Shown in pieces: positions 8,486-15,912 of a stretch of DNA of 44,412 nt. The notes under the pieces are model-generated. The model searched no databases. It was not told the DNA's origin and saw nothing but the letters and a program-made list of their open reading frames with translations. A program made the position numbers and the translations under genes. Position 1 is the stretch's first letter; each line of letters begins with the position of its first letter. Origin of the DNA: a virus (Duplodnaviria; Caudoviricetes). Location of the stretch: positions 1 through 44,412 of IMG/VR virus record IMGVR_UViG_3300037483_000321. The stretch is one strand, 5' to 3'.

Positions 8486-9324
8486 TTCCCTTTCGTGAGC
8501 CGACGCTGAAGCCGGCCGAGTTCGCGCATGGCGATATCCATGCGGTCCGAGCAGTCCGTGAGCACGTCGCTTGAAATCTGCGACACGTTGAGCATCTCGA
8601 TGGAGGGCAAGAGAGATTCGAGAGTGACCAGAAATTCCGTGAGTACGCGGTCGAGCGAGAGGCGTCGCGAGCGACCTAACACCGCATCCGCTTTGATTCG
8701 CAGGCCGAGCTTCTTGGCCTTATTGACCACGGCTCCACGCCCGACACCGATCCGCTTCGCGATCTGATCGGAGCTGTTGCCCGCAGCGATTAGCTCTTCC
8801 AACTTCTCCCAGCGGTCGCGAGTTGCCTCACCCCGCGCCTTTCGGCCCACGTTGGGCCGAGAGAGATTCTGTTCGGCCTTCGCGCTGTGAATCGCAGCAT
8901 CGAACTGCTCATCCGTGATTCCATCGGTAAGCGGGTACATGCTTTGAGAGACCTCGCCTCGCTTGAGCCCGGTCGCCTGCTCAATCGACATGATGTCGGT
9001 ACCGCCGACATGAGGGCCGGGCTTCGCGATTGTTCCCAACTGCTGGCCCTTCCGAATAGCGAGCCCAATGCAGCGCTCGGCGCGGCGTACGATCTCAGCC
9101 GCCGACAGCTCGGCATCCTTCCCGAGTTGCTTTTGCACGCTGTAGACGCGGATCGCTTCGGCCTGCGATTTCATCTCGACGAGCTGCTCGATGTCGTTGC
9201 CTGCGAGGGCGACGGCGAGCCATTCCTTCGCGCGCTCGCACGAGAGAACGACGCGCTGGCCTGGATCGGAGAGGCGCTCCAGGTCCATTGCCGTCGGTAG
9301 AGCGAGCGCGTTCTGTTCGTCCAT
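8482..9324 (-). CDS. DNA-binding protein with C-terminal HTH
   Basis: HTH-like SSDQIAKRIGVGRGAVVNKAKKLGL; N-terminal helical KSQAEAIRVY...AAEIVRRAERCIG segment; likely start MDEQNAL at 9324. Confidence 0.7.
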   Translation of the reverse strand: MDEQNALALPTAMDLERLSDPGQRVVLSCERAKEWLAVALAGNDIEQLVEMKSQAEAIRVYSVQKQLGKDAELSAAEIVRRAERCIGLAIRKGQQLGTIAKPGPHVGGTDIMSIEQATGLKRGEVSQSMYPLTDGITDEQFDAAIHSAKAEQNLSRPNVGRKARGEATRDRWEKLEELIAAGNSSDQIAKRIGVGRGAVVNKAKKLGLRIKADAVLGRSRRLSLDRVLTEFLVTLESLLPSIEMLNVSQISSDVLTDCSDRMDIAMRELGRLQRRLTKGK

Positions 9325-9398
9325 GAGTGTGCACACTCGCACGGTCTATCGGAATGTGCAAGGGGGCACTTGCACGAAATCTTTGGGCGTGCGATTTT
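9325..9398. promoter_or_regulatory. divergent control region with dyad symmetry
   Basis: TCGCAC-N13-GTGCAA-N8-TTGCAC-N13-GTGCGA (9337-9394) plus palindrome GAGTGTGCACACTC (9325-9338), between divergent ATGs at 9324 and 9405. Confidence 0.7.
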
Positions 9399-9404
9399 GG
9401 CGCG

Positions 9405-9590
9405 ATGGACGTAGCCAGCTTGATTCGCTCGCTCGGCAAAGACGATGCCGAGGTCGCCAGACAGCTCGGGGTGGACCGGAGCACCGCATCACGGCTCAGG
9501 CGCGGCAAATCGCGACCCTCGTTCGCCGTCGTGCAGAAGCTGCTTGCGCTAGCTCCCGTTCCTAAGGCCAAGAAGAGGGCGCGCGCATGA
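9405..9590 (+). CDS. Cro/XRE-family HTH transcriptional regulator
   Basis: DAEVARQLGVDRSTASRLRRGKSRPS; first gene of the rightward operon. Confidence 0.85.
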   Translation: MDVASLIRSLGKDDAEVARQLGVDRSTASRLRRGKSRPSFAVVQKLLALAPVPKAKKRARA

Positions 9591-9655
9591 CCGAACTCGC
9601 GAGCGCCGCATAACAGCGACTACGTGCGCCGCTGGGGCGACGCTAGGGGTGAGAG

Positions 9656-9976
9656 GTGAACAGCCGCGAGAAGGGCAAGCGTGGCGAGCGTGACGCAGCC
9701 GAGGCCATGCGTACCGCCGGCTTCGCTGGCGCGCGCCGCGGCGTGCAGTACGAGGGAGGCCCCGGTTCACCGGACCTTCGCGGCCTGCCCTTTCACGCCG
9801 AGGTGAAGTTCACGAACGCACTGCGGCTCTACGACGCGCTCGCGCAGGCGCTTGACGAGTGCGGCACCCTGCCTGCCGCGGTGCTTCACCGCAGGAACGG
9901 GAGGCCGTGGGTGGTGATCGTGCAACTCTCGGACTTCGAGCGGCTCGCGAAGGCGTGGCTGGGGGTCGCGCCGTGA
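9656..9976 (+). CDS. Holliday junction resolvase (PD-(D/E)XK, Hjc-like)
   Basis: NSREKGKRGERD, SPDL, AEVK, LHRRNGRPW. Confidence 0.85.
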   Translation: MNSREKGKRGERDAAEAMRTAGFAGARRGVQYEGGPGSPDLRGLPFHAEVKFTNALRLYDALAQALDECGTLPAAVLHRRNGRPWVVIVQLSDFERLAKAWLGVAP

Positions 9977-10308
9977 CCTCCCTCAACAGCCCCGGCTCGC
10001 TCTACGTCCCCGAGACGCCGAGCGCGCGCAAGCTCGCGCACTGCCCCGTGGTCGGGCACCCGCCGTACTCGCCCGCGGTGAGAGTCTGCCCGATGTGCCG
10101 CTGGCTTGCCGAGCGCGAGCGCGACAAGGCCGAGGTCGCTGCACTGCCTGCGACGCAGCCCGCCAAGGCCGAGCGATCGCACGCGGCCTGCGCAGCGAAG
10201 CGACGGCGCACGAAGGTCCGCAACCTCGAGATCAGCCTCGCTACCGCTCTCGCCAAAGTGGAGCGCCTGCGCGCGGAGCTCGCGGGGCTCGGGTGGGTGG
10301 CGCGGTGA
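9973..10308 (+). CDS. hypothetical protein (Cys motif plus coiled coil)
   Basis: GTGA overlap; CPMC; C-terminal heptads. Confidence 0.55.
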   Translation: MTSLNSPGSLYVPETPSARKLAHCPVVGHPPYSPAVRVCPMCRWLAERERDKAEVAALPATQPAKAERSHAACAAKRRRTKVRNLEISLATALAKVERLRAELAGLGWVAR

Positions 10309-10550
10309 CGCTGCGGGAGAAGGCCGATCAGTTCGCGGTGAAGCTAGCGAAGGCATTCGCGGACACGATGCGCGAATACCCCGAAGCTGATGGATTCGAC
10401 TTCGGGCCGGTCATGCGAGAGGCGGTAGCTGGTGGCCTAGAGCACGCCCGCGCCCGCGTGCTCGCCGAGCCAACTACGGAGCCGGCGACGATGCTTGCGC
10501 ACATCGCGTTTGACCTGCGGGCGCAGGCGGAGGAGCTGAGGCGTGGCTAA
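10305..10550 (+). CDS. hypothetical protein
   Basis: GTGA overlap, MTLREKADQFAV. Confidence 0.6.
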   Translation: MTLREKADQFAVKLAKAFADTMREYPEADGFDFGPVMREAVAGGLEHARARVLAEPTTEPATMLAHIAFDLRAQAEELRRG

Positions 10551-10848
10551 GACGCGCCCGCCCGTGCCGCTCGACCTCGGCGACGCGGACAAGAAGGCGC
10601 TCGCCTTCTGGGTGCGCGACCGATACCCGCACCTATTCGCACCCGCGCCACTGCGCCGGCTGGTTGATGAATGCCTCAGCCATCACGCGGCGACAGGCAA
10701 TCGGAGAGGCTATGTGGACTGGCTGGCGGCCTGCCGCAACTGGGTGACGAAGGACCAGCACTTTGCCGATCAGCGCAAAGAGGCCCGGCCTGAGCCGCGG
10801 GAAGAGCTGTTCGAGAACGAGCCGCAAAGGCTTCGGGTGGTGAAATGA
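10543..10848 (+). CDS. replication-associated protein (DnaT/replisome-organizer C-terminal-like)
   Basis: YVDWLAACRNWV resembles the DWxAxxRNW motif of phage replication initiator C-termini. Confidence 0.5.
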   Translation: MAKTRPPVPLDLGDADKKALAFWVRDRYPHLFAPAPLRRLVDECLSHHAATGNRRGYVDWLAACRNWVTKDQHFADQRKEARPEPREELFENEPQRLRVVK

Positions 10849-10866
10849 ACGAACGGAGGGAATCGC

Positions 10867-11652
10867 ATGAGCGACTCAGCGCAGTACGTGAAGGTCTGGA
10901 CGCCTAGGTGGTGGAGGTGGCTCGGAGTCGCGTCGCGGGACGGAGACTCCTATCGCTGCACGTGGGGCGAGGCGAGCACGCGCGGACTTGGTGGGATTGG
11001 GCTGGAGTTACAGCGGCGTGAGCGGCGCTGGACGCTGCACGTCGCCGTTCCATTCCTGGCCCTGTGGGTTCGTCTCGGGAAAGCGGGCGAGCAGATGTCT
11101 GAAGATCCGTTCGGCGACTCCTGGGGCTTTTCGTTCCCGCTCTCTGATGGGTATTCGACGCTCTTCCTCCGCTGGGGCGCTAAGTCGAAACTGTTTTGGA
11201 TGCCGTGGGATCACGGCGCTTCGATCGGCTCCTGGACTCTCTCTGAGGACGGGAAATCCTGGCACCCACTCCCGGTGTGTCGCATCTGGCTGAATGGGAA
11301 GTTGTGCCGAGACGACGGTAGCCCTGAAGAGAACACGGAAGGCCATGTCTGGCCTGGGCTCGACTCGCTTCGCTTCTCGGAGCCAGTGAGGTATCGCCTC
11401 TCAAGCGGTGAATTGCAGGAACGCACCGCCAGCGTGACGGTGCATCGGCAGGAGTGGCGGCCACGGATGACGCGCTGGCTCCCGTGGCCACGTCACATCT
11501 ACTGCGGCATCTGGGTTGAGTTTTCGGATGAGGTCGGCGATGGAACCGGCTCATGGAAGGGCGGCACGATGGGCTGTGGGTACGAACTCCTGCCGAACGA
11601 GAGCGCCGCGTCGTGCCTGTCGCGGATGATGCATGAAAGGAAATTCAGGTAG
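10867..11652 (+). CDS. Trp-rich hypothetical phage protein
   Basis: 261 aa, GGAGGG Shine-Dalgarno; C-terminal EFSDEVGDGTGSWKGGTMGCG motif. Confidence 0.75.
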   Translation: MSDSAQYVKVWTPRWWRWLGVASRDGDSYRCTWGEASTRGLGGIGLELQRRERRWTLHVAVPFLALWVRLGKAGEQMSEDPFGDSWGFSFPLSDGYSTLFLRWGAKSKLFWMPWDHGASIGSWTLSEDGKSWHPLPVCRIWLNGKLCRDDGSPEENTEGHVWPGLDSLRFSEPVRYRLSSGELQERTASVTVHRQEWRPRMTRWLPWPRHIYCGIWVEFSDEVGDGTGSWKGGTMGCGYELLPNESAASCLSRMMHERKFR

Positions 11653-11655
11653 GGG

Positions 11656-11685
11656 TTGACACCGCCCCCACTCTCGCCCTAGCGT
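11656..11685 (+). promoter_or_regulatory. putative sigma70 promoter
   Basis: TTGACA-N18-TAGCGT just after the stop of 10867..11652. Confidence 0.5.
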
Positions 11686-11757
11686 CGCAGGCGTGGGCGT
11701 AGCATCTACACGACTAACGCTGTCTTGTGCTGCTAGGCCCACACCTGCGCACCTCAC

Positions 11758-11797
11758 ACGGCCTCCAGGGGAAACCTTGGGGGCCGTCGTGTTTTGT
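11758..11797 (+). terminator. GAAA-tetraloop hairpin with T-rich tail (intrinsic terminator-like)
   Basis: ACGGCCTCCAGGG-GAAA-CCTTGGGGGCCGT is a 13-bp stem with two G-U pairs, followed by CGTGTTTTGT. Confidence 0.55.
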
Positions 11798-12100
11798 GGC
11801 CTCGCCGCGGGTCAACCGCGAGGGCGAGGCATGTACGCCGCTACTCGGGGCCTTCCAGAGCGGCAACCGCCAGTCCGAAACGGCCAAGGGCGGGGAAGCG
11901 CGCGGCAATTCGCGCGAAAGCAATGGCCAAGCGCACGGCGAATCATCGCCGCACGTGCGCGCCCGAGCGACCGACCGACCGACGGCTAGTTGGCGCGCGC
12001 GAAGGCATGGACTCTCTCCCTTGTTAGGCAAGGGAGGGGGTTTCCTATGCCCTCCCTCCCTCCCTCCCTCAAGCTAATAGGTGTTAAGAGAGGAAGTAAG

Positions 12101-12364
12101 ATGAGCATCCAGACGGAGCAGAGGAACTTATTCAATCGCGAGCGCGTGCCCGAAGTTTCAATCGACGCGCGCCGCGAGCTTCCGCTCGACCTGTACTCGC
12201 GTCTCGACGAGTCGCTGTGGCCGATGGCTGAGCGCCTCTACGCGCGATTCGGAGATGGCCTCGTGTATGTTGGCCCGAGCCGATGGCGGCGTGGAACCGG
12301 CGCAAGGGCTGACCTAGTGCAGGGTACCAGCGACGCCGCGGCCTTCGCGATCGCTCTGCGCTAG
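12101..12364 (+). CDS. hypothetical protein
   Basis: AGAGGA upstream of ATG 12101 (MSIQTEQRNLF). Confidence 0.6.
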   Translation: MSIQTEQRNLFNRERVPEVSIDARRELPLDLYSRLDESLWPMAERLYARFGDGLVYVGPSRWRRGTGARADLVQGTSDAAAFAIALR

Positions 12365-12374
12365 TGTTCGACCG

Positions 12375-12554
12375 ATGCACACCACCTGGAAGCACACGGG
12401 CGCGAGTCGCGAGCTGCTGGATATCCAAGAATCGCTCATGCTCAAGTGGCGACGCGATGCCATGTTTGCCGAGGCAGTCGGAATGTGGAACAGCATCGAA
12501 GGTGTAGGCGCAGAGCCTGAGATCGCAGACGATGACGAGTCCTCTACCCGCTGA
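12375..12554 (+). CDS. hypothetical protein (59 aa)
   Basis: Read by hand: MHTTWKHTGASRELLDIQ...DDDESSTR; fills the gap to the convergent gene. Confidence 0.35.
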   Translation: MHTTWKHTGASRELLDIQESLMLKWRRDAMFAEAVGMWNSIEGVGAEPEIADDDESSTR

Positions 12555-13017
12555 CGATCTCCGCCTCAATCGCCGCCGGCCCCGTCTCAATCTCGAGCGT
12601 CACCTTCGCGCTACCCCCACCCGCCGCCTGCAATCGCCCTAACACCTCGCCTACCAGCGAGCCCGTATCGCTCACCTGCGCCTGCTCGGCCCGACGCATG
12701 TTCACCACCTTGTCGGCCGTGATCCCGTACACCACCGGCAGCTGCGACGCGCTGATCTTCCCCTCTAGCAACGCCTCGGCTAGCTGCGCTCCTGCCTCCT
12801 GCGCCAGATCCATCGCCTGATGCGTTAGCGCCTTCCACCGCTCATCCCCACGCATCGCAGCGTCATGCGATCGGCACTCGCTGTACAGGTGAATGTGGTC
12901 CGATAGCCCCAGAGTGGTCGCTACCGCGCGCCAGCTCTTGCCCTGCGCTCGTAACGCCAACGCTGCTCGGACGCGCTCAGGAACGTTCGTCGCGACCTGC
13001 TCGAGGGCTGCTGCCAT
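12544..13017 (-). CDS. terS: putative terminase small subunit
   Basis: N-terminal HTH (ALALRAQGKSWRAVATTLGL), helical middle, C-terminal AIEAEIV strand; near terL but on the opposite strand. Confidence 0.55.
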   Translation of the reverse strand: MAAALEQVATNVPERVRAALALRAQGKSWRAVATTLGLSDHIHLYSECRSHDAAMRGDERWKALTHQAMDLAQEAGAQLAEALLEGKISASQLPVVYGITADKVVNMRRAEQAQVSDTGSLVGEVLGRLQAAGGGSAKVTLEIETGPAAIEAEIVSG

Positions 13018-13630
13018 GTTGCCAACGATAAGCGCCGCTGCGCTAGATTGCACGACATGCAACCGCTCTACGGCCTAGCCCTGCTCCTGCTCCTGCTCGG
13101 CGTCACCGAGCGCAGCAACGCCGCCAGCAACCTCGGCGTCGCTATCCTCATCGTCGGCGCTCTCGGCGAGTGGCTGTGAAGCGCAAGAGCAGCTAGCAGA
13201 CAAGCATCGCGCTTCCACGCTCTTTCGCTCCCAAAGCAGCGCTGTGAGGGCCTGATTCGGCGCTCGAAGTGGCGCTACTTCGCGTAATTCAAGCAGATGT
13301 GTGCTGGCCAGAGTGCGAATAGGCGAGCATCGACGCCTACTTACGCGATCTAGGGCCGATAAGGACCATTCTGTCAACTCGTACCCTCGTAGTGCGCCAA
13401 TAAGCGAGCGATACCGGGCACTTACGCGCGCACATGCGCCCGCACTGGGGCGCGATGGGGCAGGAGCGACGACGGCGACGCCCCAGGCCTGCCCCTCCCA
13501 CCCGGCCAGGCGCGCGGGGACTGTCCCGCCCGCTGAATTCTCGCCGGCCAAAAGATTTGAGCTCAGCGAAAAAGGTGGTTTCGGCTTCGGATAACGCGCC
13601 TAGGCACGGCGCTACGATAGATTCTCGAGA

Positions 13631-13656
13631 CACCCCACCCCCTACCCCCTCCCCTC
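13631..13656 (-). other. G-tract cluster (G-quadruplex-capable) in the presumed packaging region
   Basis: Minus strand GAGGGGAGGGGGTAGGGGGTGGGGTG. Confidence 0.5.
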
Positions 13657-14012
13657 GTGGGAGTTATTAGGTGGACCGGGCACTTCTTGGTAATGCGCGG
13701 CGCTTAGGGAGACGGAACGACGACCGAGTGTTTGACGGGTTCGTCGGTGGCCCGACGCAGGGGAGCCTCTCCCCGAGCGTCTAGCGGGCCGAGCGAGGGT
13801 GCGAGCCTACTCCTGCGTTGGCGTTTCTCGCCCGCGAGCACTTTGGGATTTCGCGGCGTTCGTTCGTCGCGATCGCGCGCATTTCGCGCGGCTTCGTACT
13901 GGGGTCGGAACCATCGCATGGAGAGCACGTTACCCTCGGGGCAAAACGAAGCAACTTGACACGCCAGGCCCCACGGGTGTACCCACGGGGCAACTTCCCA
14001 GGAGGTGACAGC

Positions 14013-14357
14013 ATGGCGGCGAAGGTTCCCGACGTGGCAGGCGAGGCCTACTACATCGCGAATCCGAGATCGGTGCGGGCGCGGCCGGATGCCGCGGGTA
14101 CTGCGCTGAGATTCGCGCCGAACGATCGGCCGGATGTGCTGAGCTTCGGATTCAGCGACATCGACGACGGGGACACCTGGGCGGTCTCGACGACTTGGCG
14201 CGGGCCGCTTCCGCTCGCGCACGCGCTGCCGGATGCATTCGCGACTAGCGGGGTCTCTGCGCATACGTCGGTCTCGGGGACCACGCTCACGGTCACGTTC
14301 GAGACGAACGCGAGCAACATCCCGACGGTGGTCGAGCTGCACCTGCAAGGGATGTGA
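14013..14357 (+). CDS. small beta-rich protein upstream of terL (possible virion protein)
   Basis: GGAGGTG Shine-Dalgarno at 14001-14007; MAAKVPDVAG...; TTGACA at 13956. Confidence 0.7.
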   Translation: MAAKVPDVAGEAYYIANPRSVRARPDAAGTALRFAPNDRPDVLSFGFSDIDDGDTWAVSTTWRGPLPLAHALPDAFATSGVSAHTSVSGTTLTVTFETNASNIPTVVELHLQGM

Positions 14358-14358
14358 T

Positions 14359-15912
14359 GTGGCGGCTCCGGTAGCCAGCCCGTTCTTCGGCCCGACGCTC
14401 GCGCAGTCGAAGAAGACGCTGTTCGGGGAGATCGGCTACAAGATTTACGACACGCCGGTACGGGACTTTCACCTGAGCACGGCCCGTCACCGCATCGTCT
14501 CGGCTCCCGCGCGCACGAGCAAGAGCTACGCAGCACACCCAGAAGCCGTCCACGACTTCTTCCCGCGCTATACGCTCGAAAAGGGCGCGAACGGGAAGAC
14601 GCGCGTCGTCGCCGAGCGCGCCGAGACGATCATCTGGATGGTCGCAACCGACTATTCGATGGCGAAGGAATGGGATTACGCCTGGGTGCAGCTGATCGAC
14701 CGAAAGCTGATCGAGAAGTTCGGCGGAAAGATCGAGGCGCACTACAACTCGCCGAATCAGGGGAACCTGCTGATCCGCGTGCTCTGGCCGTTCACAGACG
14801 CCGACGGGATCCCGGCGCGCTCGGTGATGCAGGTGAAGTCGGCCAGCAACGAGAAGACGCTCCAAGGCGAGCAGGTCTACCTCTGCATCGTGTCCGAAGC
14901 CGCCGAGCACGACGCCGATCTGCTCCCGAAGTATCTCGAGCCGCGCTGCCACAGCATCATCTATCCGACGACCCCGAAGCGGAAGGCGAAGTGGCTCTAC
15001 GACCTGATGCAGCGCGGCAAGCAGTCGCCCGCGCTCTCGGTCGAGTCGTTCACGTTCACGAAGAAGTGCAACCCGAAGTACGACTGGGCCGGCTACAAGA
15101 TCGCGAAAGAGAAGAGCCGGCTCACGTGGGGCTCGCCAGAGAACGACCCCGGCTTCCTCGAGCAGTTCGAGGGCCTCTGGACGTTCGAGGGCGGGAAGGT
15201 GCTGCCGTTTCGCTGGCTGGAGGACGGCCGCGGCGAGACCAACATTTGTAAGCGCCTCCCGCACTGGGTGCACGGCGCGACGTGGTACGCCGCGATGGAT
15301 TACGGGTACAACGACCCGTGCGGCGTCGGCTTCTACGCCTTCGATCCGGGCTCGGACGAGATCGTGATGGCGAGCGAGATTTATCAGCGCGGGCTCGTTC
15401 CGAGCGATGTGGTCGAGTGGTCGCGGAAGCGAGAGCGCGACCTCGGCATTCGCATTCACCAGTGGATTCCCGATCCGCAGGAGCCGCTGCTCACGGAAGT
15501 GATGCGGCGCGCGGGCCTTCCGCTCTTCCATAATGCCTCGCCGGGTTACCTGCGGGACCGGGCCGCGGGCTACGCCGAGCTGCGCGATGCGCTCAGCATC
15601 AACCCCGCGACGGGCCGGCCGCGGATGACCGTTCACGCGAGCTGCGAGAACGCGATCCGCGAGATGACCGACATTCGGTTCAAGGACGAGGCCAAGAACG
15701 AGTTCAAAGAGGGGGCCTTGGTGGGCGAAGATCACATGATCGACGCCTCGCGGGCGCTGCTCCGCTCGGGAGTCCGCGCCGTCGTCCGCAACGAGGACTG
15801 GCTCGCCGACTTCCAGCAAAAGCGCCGTGCGAATGCCGCCTATGCGAGCGGCATGCGCGAGTCGCAGCCGGGGCTGGTTGGGCGCACTACTTATTACGGA
15901 CAGGTGGCCTGA
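14359..15912 (+). CDS. terL: terminase large subunit
   Basis: Walker A-like IVSAPARTSKS, Walker B-like LCIVSEAAE, coupling motif PTTP, RNase H-fold nuclease AMDYGYNDP ... DHMIDASR; directly upstream of portal. Confidence 0.9.
   Translation: MAAPVASPFFGPTLAQSKKTLFGEIGYKIYDTPVRDFHLSTARHRIVSAPARTSKSYAAHPEAVHDFFPRYTLEKGANGKTRVVAERAETIIWMVATDYSMAKEWDYAWVQLIDRKLIEKFGGKIEAHYNSPNQGNLLIRVLWPFTDADGIPARSVMQVKSASNEKTLQGEQVYLCIVSEAAEHDADLLPKYLEPRCHSIIYPTTPKRKAKWLYDLMQRGKQSPALSVESFTFTKKCNPKYDWAGYKIAKEKSRLTWGSPENDPGFLEQFEGLWTFEGGKVLPFRWLEDGRGETNICKRLPHWVHGATWYAAMDYGYNDPCGVGFYAFDPGSDEIVMASEIYQRGLVPSDVVEWSRKRERDLGIRIHQWIPDPQEPLLTEVMRRAGLPLFHNASPGYLRDRAAGYAELRDALSINPATGRPRMTVHASCENAIREMTDIRFKDEAKNEFKEGALVGEDHMIDASRALLRSGVRAVVRNEDWLADFQQKRRANAAYASGMRESQPGLVGRTTYYGQVA

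Noticed and set aside
7538-8509. 323-aa plus-strand ORF
   Set aside because: Antisense to the DGQHR gene; no Shine-Dalgarno or recognisable domain
13075-13551. 158-aa minus-strand ORF in the terS-terL spacer
   Set aside because: No Shine-Dalgarno or motif, atypical composition; a short acidic C-terminal part could be real but cannot be supported
14293-15819. 508-aa minus-strand ORF (also 18651..19823, 23178..24005, 26120..27163, 28307..29641)
   Set aside because: Antisense shadows of well-supported genes, expected in high-GC DNA; no motifs
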